NCBI RefSeq assembly: GCF_964213995.1
Contig: NC_135830.1
Location: 13,206,001-13,270,000 of the forward strand
Source of the DNA: Mustelus asterias
Taxonomy: Eukaryota
Direction of reading: 5' to 3'
DNA: 64,000 bases
Both the position numbers and the translations under genes were made by a program. Below are positions 1 through 11,380 of the stretch, one piece after another. How positions within the stretch are numbered: position 1 is the first letter of the stretch; each line of letters opens with the position of its first letter. The notes below the pieces were generated by a model that was not told where the DNA came from, did not search any database, and saw only the letters and a list, made by a program, of their open reading frames with translations.

Positions 1-484
1 CTTTGGAGAGAGTACAGAGGAGGTTTACCAGGATGTTACCTGGTATGGAGGGGCTTAGTTATGAGGAGAGATTGGCTAAACTGGGGTTGTTCTCCCTGGA
101 AAGACGGAGGATGAGGGGAGACTTAATAGAGGTGTATAAAATTATGAAAGGCATAGATAGGGTGAACGGTGGGAAGCTTTTCCCCAGGTCGGTGTTGACG
201 TTCACGAGGGGTCATAGGTTCAAGGTGAAGGGAGGGAGGTTTAACGCAGATATCAGACGGACATATTTTACACAGAGGGTGGTGGGGGCCTGGAATGCGC
301 TGCCAGGCAAGGTGGTGGAGGCGGACACACTGGGAACGTTTAAGACTTATCTAGACAGCCATATGAACGGAGTGGGAATGGAGGGATACAAAAGAATGGT
401 CTAGTTTGGACCAGGGAGCGGCGCGGGCTTGGAGGGTCGAAGGGCCTGTTCCTGTGCTGTATTGTTCTTTGTTCTTTGTTCTTT
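1..484 (+). mobile_element. CR1 LINE 3' end (RT C-terminus, 3'UTR, (TTCTTTG)n tail)
   Basis: ORF 3-404 has ERVQRRFTRMLPG...LERRRMRGDLIEVYKIM, typical of the CR1 ORF2 C-terminus; microsatellite tail at ~463-484. Confidence 0.95.
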
Positions 485-1081
485 ATAACTGATCAAAAGG
501 AATCGAGTCACCGGGGAATACAGATCACAATTATGAGATTGACCATAGCGAACTACATTTAACCAAAGTGAACTACATTTAAATAGACGAGATTGAAGAA
601 TTATCTGCTATTGACACTTGTGTCTTTTTTATTATGGGCGTGAAATATTCAGGCGCATAAATTCCAGCCATTTAAATGAAAGTCCAGTAGATCCGCACTA
701 AATCTCGATTTCCTCATCTATCTGAGTGTTTTTTTTCCCTATTTCTTTGTTTTGAAGAACGATTAAAGAAAAAGATTCTTCTGGGAAATGTGCGCCATTT
801 CCGATAGTTCACTTGTGTTAGTCCCCTAGAGCACATACTACAATTCGAACAGTTCCAGATGGTGAATAGCTGCGTTCATCTGCACCCACAAACTCATTAA
901 ATTCTGTTGTTGATTGAACGTGATGCGAATATGTGCACAGTGTCGCAATCGAAATGTTTCTTTCCTGTCATTTCGTCACAAAGCTATCAACATTCTTATT
1001 TTACAGAAAGCATTTGAGGCCGAGGTCAGAGCAAAGATCATATGGCTGCAATATCAAGATTCGGATAACGTTCAGCAACGA

Positions 1082-1854
1082 AAGTCTAATACAGATAGGA
1101 AATATACAGTAAATGGCAGCACCCTTAAGAGTATTGATAGACAAAGGGATCTGGGTGTACAAGTACACAGGTCACTGAAAGTGGCAATGCAGGTGGAGAA
1201 GGTAGTCAAGAAGGCATACGGCATGGTTGCCTTCATCGGCCGGGGCATTGAGTTTAAAAATTGGCAAGTCATGTTGCAGCTTTATAGAACCTTATTTGGG
1301 CCGCACTTGGAATATCGTGTTGAATTCTGGTTACCACACAACCAGAAGGATGTGGAGCTTTGGAGAGGGTACATAAAAGATTTGCCAGGATGTTGCGTGG
1401 TATGGAGAGGATTAGCTACGAAGTGAGATTGCAGAAACTTGGTTTGTTCTCACGAGAGCGACGGAGGTTGAGGGGCGCCCTGATAGAAGTCTACAAGATT
1501 ATGAGAGGCATGGACAGAGTGGATAGTCAGAAGCTTTTTCCTCGGGTGGAAGAGTCAATTACTGGGGGACATAGGTTTACAATGCGAGGGGCAAGGTTTA
1601 AAGGAGATGTACAAGGCAGACTTTTTAAACAGGGATTAGTGGGTGCCTGGGACTTGTTGCCAGGGGAGGTAGTACAAGCGAATACGGTAGTGACTTTTAA
1701 GGGGCGCCTTGACAAGTACATGAATAGGAATGGGAATAGAGGGATATGGTCCCCGGAAAGGTCGGGGGTTTTGGTTAATTCGGGCAGCATGGTCGGTACA
1801 GACATGGAGGGCCGAAGGGCCTGTTCCTGTGCTGTAATGTTCTTTGTTCTTTGT
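1082..1854 (+). mobile_element. 5'-truncated CR1 LINE with frameshifts
   Basis: ORFs 914-1426 and 1360-1890 contain QRDLGVQVHRSLK, PHLEY and ERRRLRG; TTCTTTG tail. Confidence 0.95.
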
Positions 1855-1903
1855 ACTGAAATCATACAGATTTTCCTCAATCTAAATTAGGAAGCTCAAT
1901 AAA

Positions 1904-1938
1904 TGTTTCTGCCAGGTTTTGAACCTGGAACCTTTCGC
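1904..1938 (-). pseudogene. tRNA-Val fragment (3' half)
   Basis: tgtttctgccaggttttgaacctggaacctttcgc resembles the reverse complement of the tRNA-Val T-arm and acceptor end. Confidence 0.6.
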
Positions 1939-2211
1939 CTCTCTGCAATGTTCAACTGCGCTGTATTGCTGCAGTTTCAAATGATTAGACTGAGAGCCCA
2001 TGTCACTTGTTTCAGGAAGATAACCGTTACTTTCAATGTGATTGCTCAATTTATCTTGAACTTCAAAATTTGAAAGCGATCGCCTGGCAAATATCTAAGG
2101 GATCAATGATTTCTGCTCATTCACTAATGCATCATATTCATCTTCCTTCGAATAATCTCAACCACTTGTGCTCATTAATAAAAGCAAATTACTGCGGATG
2201 ATGGATTCTGA

Positions 2212-2313
2212 AAGCAGAGGAGAAAATGCTGGAAAATCTCACATGGTCTGGCAGCATATGTAAGGAGAGAAAGGAGCTGACGTTTCGAGTCCAGATGACA
2301 CTTTGTCAAAGCT
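2212..2313 (-). mobile_element. Penelope-like element terminal-repeat relic (degenerate hammerhead-like core)
   Basis: Minus strand reads TTGACAAAGTGTCATCTGGACTCGAAACGTCAGCTC...ATGCTGCCAGACC; absent from the paralogous units. Confidence 0.55.
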
Positions 2314-3133
2314 CATTGTACAATTGTACTCAGTATTTGTTTCAATATTTAGTATCAATGCATGATTTAACACATATGTCTGAATATCTCTGAACTTGAA
2401 TATCACTGAATTGCAAACGTAACTGGCCAACGAAAAGAGTCGAGTCACCGGGTAATACAGATCCCATGGTGTTTGTTTGAGATTGGCCATCATCAGCTTT
2501 TAAACAAAGTCAACTATAATTAAATGGAAGAGATTGAAGAATTATCTGTTAGGTATACTTGAGTCTTTTTTATTATAAGTGTGAAACACTCAGGCGCATA
2601 AATTCCAGCCATCTATAGGAAAGATTAGTTGATCCGCACTGAGTCTCCATTTCCTCATCTGTCTGAGTGTTTTTTTTCCGATTTCCATGTGATAAAGCAA
2701 GATTTTTTTAAAAAGATTCTTCTGGGAAATTTGCACCATTTCCCCTAGTTCCCCTAGACTTCTATCAGGTCGCCCCTCAACCTCCGTCGTTCTAGTTCAC
2801 TTAGAGTATTACTTGTGTCTGTCTTTTTGAGCACACACTCCCATTAGACATGTTTCAGATGGTGATTCGCTATTTTAGTTTGCACCTATGAACCCATTAA
2901 ATTCTGTTGTCCACTGAACAAGATGATACTATGTGCAGGTTGTCAAAGTAGAGACGTTTCTTTCCTGCCATTGCGTCAAAAAAAATCAGCATTTCTTATT
3001 CGCAGAAAGCATTTGAGGTTGAGGTCAGAGGAAAGATAATATTGCTGTAATAACGAGATTCGGATAATGTTCAGCAACGAACTGAAATCATACAGGATTT
3101 CCCTCATCTTACATGAGCAAGCTTAACGAATGC

Positions 3134-3203
3134 TGTTTCCCCGTTTCGGACCGGGGACTTTTCGTGTTTTAGGAGAACGGGATAACCACTCCACTGCAGC
3201 TAG
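3134..3203 (-). pseudogene. tRNA-Val pseudogene
   Basis: Reverse complement contains GTGGTTATCCCGTTCTCCT and GTCCCCGGTCCGAAAC; many mismatches to vertebrate tRNA-Val. Confidence 0.75.
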
Positions 3204-3469
3204 CATTGGGGCCTCAATGGCCCTGACTGCAATGTTTAACTCCACTTTGTTGCTGCAGGTTTGAATGGTATGATTGAGGGCCCATGTCACTTAATACAAG
3301 AGCACAGCCCTTACTTTCAACCTGATATCTCAACTTATCTTGTTCTTCAAAATTAAAAATAGTTCGTCCGGCAAATATCTAAGGAAGCACTGATTTCTGC
3401 TCAATTATTAATGCGTTATTCTTAGCTTCCTGCGAATAATTTCAACCAATTGTACTCAGTATCTGTTTC

Positions 3470-3635
3470 ATAGAATCATAGATTCAGTGCAGAAACGGCC
3501 AATCGGCCCAACGAATCAGCAGCGACGCCAGAGTATCATAACCAGGCCATTTCCCCTGCTGTCCCCACAACGCTACTCTTTTCCCATGGCTAATCAATCT
3601 AACCGAGGGGCAATTTAGCATGCCCAATCCACCTT
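3470..3635 (-). mobile_element. HE1-type SINE 3' fragment
   Basis: catagaatcatag tail and ggggcaatttagcatg segment shared with other SINE copies. Confidence 0.65.
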
Positions 3636-4726
3636 GGATCATCATTCAATTTTTAATATCAATACAGTTATTTAATATATACGTCCAAATTCTGAATTTA
3701 ATATCTCTGGAACAATATCTCTGGAATATGCAATTGGTCTGACTGCATTGTTCAACTCCGCTCTATTGCTGCAGGTTCGAATGGTTAGGCTGAGAGTCCA
3801 TGCACCTCAGTGCAAGAAGACAACCGTTACTTTCAACGTGATGTCTCAACTTGTCTCGAATTTCAAAATTTAAAAGCATTCATCGGACAAATGTCTAAGG
3901 GAACAATGATTTCTGCTCAATCGTGAATGCGTCATTCTCATATACCATCGATTAACTTCAACCAGTTATATCCAGTATTTGTTCGGTAATCAACATTTAC
4001 TATCAATCCAGTTATTTAACACATTGCGAATTGAATATGTCTGAAATATACAACATTGAATTGCAAACATTACTGACCAACAAAATAAATCGAGTCACGT
4101 GTAATACACATCGAATGGTGCTTTTTTAAGTAAGTTTGACCATGATCAGCTTTTAAACCAAATCAAATATATTTAAAGGGAAGAGATTCAAGAATGATCT
4201 GTCAGTTATACTTGATCCCTCTTTCTTCTGTGTGAGAAACATTCTGGCGCCTAAATCTCGTTCATCTATAGGAGATCCAGAAGGTCCGCTTTGTTTCTTG
4301 ATTTCCTCTTCTGTCTGAGAGGTTTTCCCTATTTCGTTAGTATGAAGAAAAATTTTAAAAAGATGCTTCGGGGAAATGTTCTCCATTTTCTCTACTTCAG
4401 TTACAGTATCACTTGTATCTGTATTTTTGAGCGCCCAATACTATTAGACATGTTTCAGTTGATGATGAAGTATGTTAGTCTGCATCTATAAACCTATTAA
4501 ATTCTGGCGTGGACTGAAAATATTGCTAATATGTGCACGGTTTTAAAATAGGAACATTTCCTCTCATTGCGTCATGAAAATACAAGGTTTCTGATTTTGC
4601 TGAAAGCTTTTGAGGCAGAGGTGAGCGCAAATATAACATGGCTGTAACATCGAGTTTCGGATAATGTTCAGCTACAATCTGAAATTATACAGACTTCCCT
4701 CAACCTTAATGAACAAATTTCATTAA

Positions 4727-4799
4727 TGCTTCTGCTCGATTTCGAACGTGGGCCCTTGCGTGCGTGAAGCAAATGCAACCAGCACGACACCACAGAAAC
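4727..4799 (-). pseudogene. tRNA-Val(CAC) pseudogene
   Basis: Reverse complement GTTTCTGTGGTGT...CTTCACGCACG...GTTCGAAATCGAGCAGAAGCA, 73 nt, stems degraded. Confidence 0.7.
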
Positions 4800-5488
4800 T
4801 GTTGGCTGCTCCGTAGCCCAATGGGGCTGAGTTGATATGTTGCAATATTCGTTGGGAATGCTGGAGACACATTAATCTAAGAATGATTGAAAATGGTTAA
4901 CAATGTCACAGATCGATGAGAGGCTCATCAATCCATCAGATCTTTGCGAATTATTTTATGAGGAGCTAACTAATTAAGATGTCGTTGCGGGATTGATGGG
5001 CCGATGGGCCTGTTCCTGTCCTGAACTGTTCTTTGTTCCAATTTCAATTTCCTCCTCTCATTCCATGAAGTTGATGTTTCTCCCTTTTAAGTCATTGAAA
5101 AATCCCAATTTGAAGAAGGAGTTTCTGCGGAATCCATGGACAATTTGCTATAACAACCTTTCCCTTACCCAATGGCAGCAAGTATTGGATTTAGCTTCCT
5201 GATATAGTTTTCAACGTAAACATATATTTATTTTTGCAATTGATTTTATATCGATTTTACAAAACGAATTTAAATCTGATGAAGCATCTCCTCATTATTT
5301 CTGAATTATACCTAATATAACTACATTTACTCCACAACCTTCCACAGAGTGTGGAATATAACAGACGAGAATAAATCACCTACACCTGAAGCAGTCTTCT
5401 TGTGCTGTCCTCCTGTGTCCTGAACATCCAATCCGAAAACCTCGAGAATGGATGGAGAATCTGTCTTATTCACACGGACTTCACATAG

Positions 5489-5670
5489 GCCAACACAGTG
5501 GCACAGTGGTTAGCACTGCTGTTTCACAACGCTAGGGACCCGGGTTCAATTGAAATTCCTCCTTAGTGTACACGAATAGGCGGCGGAATGTGGCGACGAG
5601 AGGATTTTCACAGTAACTTGAATTATTAATTGCAGTATTAATGTAAGCCTGGTTGTGACACGAGTAAATA
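5489..5670 (+). mobile_element. tRNA-derived SINE, internally deleted, 'B' tail
   Basis: Head cacagtggcacagtggttagcactgct; tail ttttcacagtaac...gtaagcc...gtgac. Confidence 0.8.
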
Positions 5671-6009
5671 TGTTTTGCACACGGACACATCCAGAATATG
5701 TTTGGCGTAAAAATAAATATATCCATTATTGCTTATTCTGCAAAAGGGTCCACGTCGATTTGTCAATCAATGATCACCATTGATGAGAAATAGATTTCTG
5801 GCTGCTCCTGTTGTTAAAATGTTGTGTTCCATCGCAATGAGTATCTAACACGATATTGCCGCACTTACACCACACCAGGGAATTCCAGTTCAGGAAGTTT
5901 ACTCTGGAGCTAGCACGCTTTTTACGTTGCCAATGAGTTCATGTCTCTTTTGTGTGTCAATGGCTGTGCCAATCTGCTTGGTTATCTTTCTTAGTGATTG
6001 TCCGTGTGT

Positions 6010-6715
6010 CTCGTGGAACAAGCTGCCAGAGGTATTAGTAGAAGCCGTTACAAGTTTATCTTTTAAAAAGCATTTAGATAGTATATGGGTACGTTGGGTA
6101 TAGAGGGATATGGGCCAAATGCGGGCAATTGAGATTAGCTGAGGGGTTTAAACAAAAACGGGCGGCATGGACAAGTTGGGCCGAAGGGCCTGTTTCCATG
6201 CTGTAAACCTCCAGAGATTTTAGAGAGAGTGCAGAGGAGGTTTACCAGGATGTTGCCTGGTATGGAAGGGCTTAGTTATGAGGAGAGATTGGGTAAACTG
6301 GGGTTGTTCTCACTGGAAAGACGGAGGATGAGGGGTGACCTAAGAGAGGTGTATAAAATTATGAAAGGCATAGATAGAGTGAACGGTGAGAAGCTTTTTC
6401 CCAGGTCGGTGGTGACGTTCACGAGGGGTCATAGGTTCAAGATGAGGGGTGGGGGGGGGGGGGAGGTTTAATACGGATATCAGAAGGAGGTATTTTACAC
6501 AGAGGGTGGTGGGGGCCTGGAATGCGCTGCCGGGCAAGATGGTGGAGGTGGTGGGAACGTTTAAGACTTATCTAGATAGCCACATGAACGGAGTGGGAAT
6601 GGAGGGATACAAAAGAATGGTCTAGTTGGGACCAGGGAGCGGCGCGGGCTTGGAGGGCCGAAGGGCCTGTTCCTGTGCTGTATTGTTCTTTGTTCTTTGA
6701 CTCTATGACTCTATG
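6010..6715 (+). mobile_element. Two nested CR1 3' ends (younger copy ~6220-6698 inside an older tail)
   Basis: ORF 6229-6471 nearly identical to ORF 3-404; the older tail GACTCTAT resumes at ~6699. Confidence 0.9.
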
Positions 6716-6969
6716 TTTGAGTCGATCGGTTTGGGAATCTATCACTTAGTTTACTGGTCTCTGTGTTGATTCTGTGCAGTATCCGAGACTTCCAGTGAAC
6801 ACGGAGGTGGAGGTATTCATGCATTATCATGGTTAGCAACGCAAACTAATAGGTGTCAGAAATCTGCAGAATAATTCAGGATTTATAACGAGGGACGTTA
6901 GAATTGATGTCACTCTCTGGGCATATATCTATATGGTTATATATCCTTATTCGTGTTGGTCTTTCCACG

Positions 6970-7203
6970 TGACCGTGTGTGTATCTGTTCTCCGCATGTC
7001 TGCTGGGTTTCCTCGGGTGCTGTGGTTTCCTCCAACAGACCAAAGATGTGCGGATTAGGTGGATTGGCCATGATAAATTGACCCCTAGTGTCAGGGAGAT
7101 TATGTGTGCGGTTACGGGAATAGGGCCTCGGTGGAATTGTGGTCGGTACAGAGTCGCTGGGCCGAATGGCCTCCTTCTGTACTGTAGGGGTTCTATGATT
7201 CAA
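6970..7203 (+). mobile_element. HE1-type SINE (5' truncated)
   Basis: ttaggtggattggccatg...gggccgaatggcctccttctgtactgtagggg ttctatga. Confidence 0.85.
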
Positions 7204-7267
7204 TGTTCTCTATAAGTGTCAGTCTTTTCAGGTTGCCGCGTGTGTCCCTGTTTCCAATATGCGGCTG

Positions 7268-7523
7268 AGTGTTTATTTTTTTGTTGTGTACAGTTGTAGT
7301 GTTGTGTTAATGTTTGTAGATTTGTAGATTATGATTTGTAAATGGAGGTGTATTTTGAGGGCAATGCCCTGGAAAACTGTAATTGACGATGAACCCTTCC
7401 GAAATGGAAGGTAGTAACTGATAAATGGATGGCGTTAGCCATTGGTAATGTATTTTTTCACATTTGTTCTTTGTGCATTTGTAACTGTTTTGCATTAACG
7501 TATTTGTAATAAACAAAAAGAAA
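7268..7523 (+). mobile_element. Polyadenylated retroposed fragment with 14-bp target-site duplication
   Basis: CCAATATGCGGCTG at 7254-7267 and 7524-7537 flanks an insert ending AATAAA plus an A-rich tail. Confidence 0.75.
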
Positions 7524-7543
7524 CCAATATGCGGCTGTGCTGT

Positions 7544-7558
7544 CCACGGGAGGGCGCT
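7544..7558 (+). promoter_or_regulatory. Candidate CTCF-binding site upstream of the TCR V leader
   Basis: CCACGGGAGGGCGCT versus consensus CCACYAGRGGGCGCT, ~190 bp 5' of the leader ATG. Confidence 0.5.
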
Positions 7559-7747
7559 CTCTGATCACTGATGAAAGATCACAATCCCTTTCTAAAGGAA
7601 GCGTCTGTTTGAAGATGTAAAGATGGGCGGAGAGATGGAGTCACTTTGGACCTCATAACATCCCCCTGACTGTTTCAACATCTCCAATTGCAGATCAGAT
7701 TCAGACAGTGATCAGTCTCTCTGTTTCTGCTGTTCAGACTCGAACCA

Positions 7748-8218
7748 TGGGGGTGAAACTCTGTCTCACTCTGGTTATTGTCCTGATTACAGGTGTGTCA
7801 TTTTGAACTTCTGCGTGAAATCTGCCAGTCACCACATTCATTCCCCATTTCCATCTGGAGGGGATTATTCCATTGTTGTTACTCCTTCTAACCCACTGCG
7901 TGTCTGTTACCTATTTTCAGACATGAGTAACGGTGACTCAGTGTCCCAGTCAGGACCAGGTGTTGAAGCAGCAGAGGGTGAAGATTCAGCAATACCCTGC
8001 AGTTACTCGGTACCGAGTACAGCTATACAACATTACTGTTCTGGTATCGCCAGTATACACACCGAGCTCCTCATTGACTGCTCAGAGCCGCGAATGTACG
8101 GGTCTCAAGGTTTTTTACATTGCAGCGGGAATCTCAACCTGAAACAAAGCACTTTTCACTTGCCCATGAAAGATTTGAAGGTGACAGACAACACCGAGAA
8201 TTACTGTGCACTGAGAGC
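7748..8218 (+). pseudogene. TCR alpha/delta-type V gene segment pseudogene (leader exon 7748-~7792, V exon 7921-8218)
   Basis: Leader MGVKLCLTLVIVLIT followed by a GT donor, acceptor TTTTCAG, then DSVSQ...C...YCALR; the FWYRQY motif is in a different frame and followed by TGA. Confidence 0.9.
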
Positions 8219-8257
8219 CACAGTGAATGAGGCTCCCGCGGGCCTCATACAAAATCT
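8219..8257 (+). other. Recombination signal sequence, 23-bp spacer
   Basis: CACAGTG (8219-8225), 23 nt, ACAAAATCT (8249-8257). Confidence 0.95.
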
Positions 8258-8789
8258 GGCACAGGTCGATAATCAATGATTCATTGTCAGGACAACACAT
8301 GGGGTTAAAAATCAGCGAAAATTTACTCATAGTTAACCTGACAATACAGTCCCGTCTAATTGTTTTCCCTCACTGAGGTTACTGATTGTCACTGTTGGGA
8401 AGTTTGACATGTTTTTACTCATATTACTATCACATCAAGTCCAATCGCTCCCCGATCCTTTCACACAAACCCACAGATCTCCCTGGTGAACCATGTCATC
8501 AGACAGACCACACCTTTCAAAAGTGATCAAGTTTCAAAGGCAGACTCAGAGTTGTCACATGTTGAAGTTGCTGGTTAAAATTATTGACTGTAACATGTGT
8601 ACTTTATAAACAAAAACCCCCAGTTGCAAACAGTCGAGGTAACAATATTGGACGGATATTTTGCTGGAATTTAAAGCCCACAAATGCTGATGCGGTAAGT
8701 TATTTAATCAATTTCGGCTTTCACTCGAGGTGTCAGAACTGCTTTGTAGAAAGTTAAACAATTTTTATTTTGCTAGCTACTAACGTGCA

Positions 8790-8879
8790 GGCTCGTTGGT
8801 CTAGGGGTATGATTCTCGCTTAGGGTACCTCGCCCCATTAGCATGCGAGAGGTCCCGGGTTCAAATCCCGGACGAGCCC
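8790..8879 (+). tRNA. tRNA-Pro(AGG) with 18-nt intron (8826-8843)
   Basis: Exons match the canonical vertebrate Pro-AGG sequence; insert TACCTCGCCCCATTAGCA lies between nt 37 and 38; TTTT terminator at 8882. Confidence 0.92.
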
Positions 8880-9017
8880 CGTTTTGACCGAAATATTGTG
8901 TTCGAAAGGAGATATTTTGATTTATTTCAGGTGCAAACGGCGGGATGGCTTTCTGCTGACTGGCTCCGAAAAAGAGTAATAAAGGCACAGAATTTTACAG
9001 CACGGATAGAGCCCACT

Positions 9018-9070
9018 GGGACACCCACATGGCAGGCGGGGACACCCACATGGCAGGCGCGGACACCCAT
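9018..9070. repeat. 21-bp tandem repeat, ~2.5 copies
   Basis: GGGACACCCACATGGCAGGCG repeated. Confidence 0.85.
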
Positions 9071-9209
9071 CATGTCTGCGCCTGCCACGTGACAGCTGGA
9101 CGGGAAGCGTTAGTTCTGATTCTCGCTCCACAGGTACTTCCAGAAATACTGACATAACCCAGTATTTTCAGTTTTTATTTCAGATTTTGAAAGTCCGCAG
9201 TGTGCTGCA

Positions 9210-9845
9210 TTATATTAGACTTTGGGCTGACAAGTGGCAAGTAACATTCGCGCCACACAAATGCCAGACAATGTCCATCACAAATAAGAGAAAATCTAAC
9301 CACCACCTCTTGACAGTCAATAGTTTTTCCATCACTGAATCCCCTACTGTTAACATCCATACGGTTACCATTGACCAGATACTCAATTGGACTCGCCACA
9401 TAAACACAATGGCTACAAGAGCAGGTCAGAGGCCAGGAATACTGCGGCGAAAAACTCACCTCCTGACTCCCCAGAGTCTGTCCACCATCTACAAGGCACA
9501 AGTCAGGAGCGTGATGGAATATTCCCACCTCGCCTGGATGGGTGCAGCTCCAACAACACACAAGAAGATTGACATTATCCAGGACAAAGCAGCCCGCTTG
9601 ACTGGCACCACATCCACAAGCATTCAATCCCACCACAGCCGATGCTCAGTAGCAGCGATGTGCATCTAAAAGACACACAGTAGCAATTCACCAAAGATCC
9701 TTAGACAGCACCTTCGAAATCCATGACCACTTCCATCCAGAAGGAAAAGGGTAGTAGACACATGGGAACATCACCACCTGCAAGTTCTCCTCCAAGTCAC
9801 TCACCATCCTGACTTGGAATTATATTGCCATTCCTTCGCATGGCC
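9210..9845 (+). mobile_element. CR1/L2-group LINE fragment (distinct, older family)
   Basis: ORF 9187-9669 WADKWQVTFAPHKCQ...IYKAQVRSVMEY, an RT C-terminus. Confidence 0.85.
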
Positions 9846-9929
9846 TCATTCTGTGGTGTACTCATTTTCTGATTTAGTGCGTACCTCACCCTGAGGCCGT
9901 GATCCGCAAAGTATTTTCTCATTTCTCAT

Positions 9930-10688
9930 TTCTGTCATCTCTCCCTCAATGTCAATAAAACGGAGATTGTCATTGACTTCAGAAAGCGTAGAGGAGAACA
10001 TGCCCCTGTCTCCATCAAAGGGAACGAAGTGGAATGGGTCGAGAGCTTCAGGTTTTTAGGTCTCCAGAGCACCAACAACCTGTCCTGGCCTCCCATGCCG
10101 ACACTATAGTGAAGAAAGCCCATCAACGCCTCTACTTTCTTAGAAGACTTAGGAAATTTGGCATGTCAGCAACGACTGTCAGCAAGGTTTGCAGGTGCAC
10201 CATAGAAAACATTATTTCTAGTTGTATCACAGCTTGATATGGCTCCTGCTCTGCCCAAGACCGCAATAAACTACAAAGGGTCGTGAATGTAGCCCAATCC
10301 ATCACTCAAACCAGCCTCCCATCCAGTGATTCTGTCTACGCTTCCTGCTGCCTCGGCAAAGCAGCCAGCATAGTTAAGGACCCCACGCACCCCGGACATT
10401 CTCTCTTCCATCTTCCTCCTTCGAGAGAAAGATACAGAAGTCTGAGGTCACGTGCTAGCCGACTGAAGAACAGCTTCTTCCCTGCAGCCATCATACTTTT
10501 GAATGGACATTACCTTGCATTAAGTTGATCTTTCTCTAGACCCTGACAGTGACTGTAATACCACATTCTGCACTGTCCCCTTTCCTTCTCTATGAACAGT
10601 ACACGTTGTCTGTATAGCGCGCAAGAAAAAATGCTTTTCACTGTATACTAATACATGTGACAATAATAAGTAAAACCAAGTCAAATCG
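9930..10688 (+). mobile_element. Rex1/Babar-clade LINE 3' fragment
   Basis: KKAHQRLYFLRRLRKF, DPTHPGHSLF, RLKNSFFP motifs; stop and frameshift. Confidence 0.85.
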
Positions 10689-10950
10689 TTTCATTTCTCC
10701 TGACTTCCAGACTATTCCTGTTGTTAAATTTCCTCCCTCCTGAGTTTCAGTCGTTTCAAATTCCCACATTTTTCACCTTTTCCTGTTGTAATGAAAGGCC
10801 ATGGACGGAAAAGATGAGCGTTGTTTCCCTGTCCACAAATTCTGCCTGAATTCCTAAGTTTCTGCAGCATCTTCCGCCTTCGCTGCAGTTATCTGATCGG
10901 TTTTGACTGACCAAGAGAGCATCTTTTCTTTCAATCAGTGGCTGCTTATA

Positions 10951-11031
10951 GGCTCCTTGGTGTAGGGGTATGAATCGCATTTTGGTATGCCTTAACCACC
11001 GAGATCCCGAGTTGAAATCCGAGACTAGCCC
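10951..11031 (+). pseudogene. tRNA-Pro pseudogene, 9 nt longer than normal in the anticodon region
   Basis: GGCTCCTTGGTGTAGGGGTATGA...GATCCCGAGTTGAAATCCGAGACTAGCCC. Confidence 0.75.
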
Positions 11032-11380
11032 TACTGTTTCTTCTTATCCCTGTTACATCAAAACATCGAAACCAGGAGTAGGTCATTGGAACATCATCTC
11101 CCATTCATTGTTGTCATGCCTGATAATCAAATTCAATACCCTGATCCACCATTTAGCCCCAAGAGCTATATTAAACTTCTCTTGAAATCATAGTGTTTGG
11201 CCTCAACTACTTTCTGTGGGAGTGAACTCTGCAAATTCACCACTCTCTGGCTGAAGGAAGTCTCATCATCTCAGCCGTTATCCTCAAACTATTATCCCGA
11301 GTTCTGGACTCCCCACTAACGAGAACATTCTTTCTGAATCTACCCTGTTTCATCCGGTCAGAATGTTATAAGGTTCCATT

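Larger units (their letters stand above)
485..4800. repeat. Local tandem duplication of ~1.1-1.3 kb units, each ending in a tRNA-Val pseudogene
   Basis: Shared blocks such as GAGTCACCGGG, AGAAAGCATTTGAGG and TCGGATAAYGTTCAGC recur at ~505/2440/4090 and ~1005/3005/4605. Confidence 0.85.
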
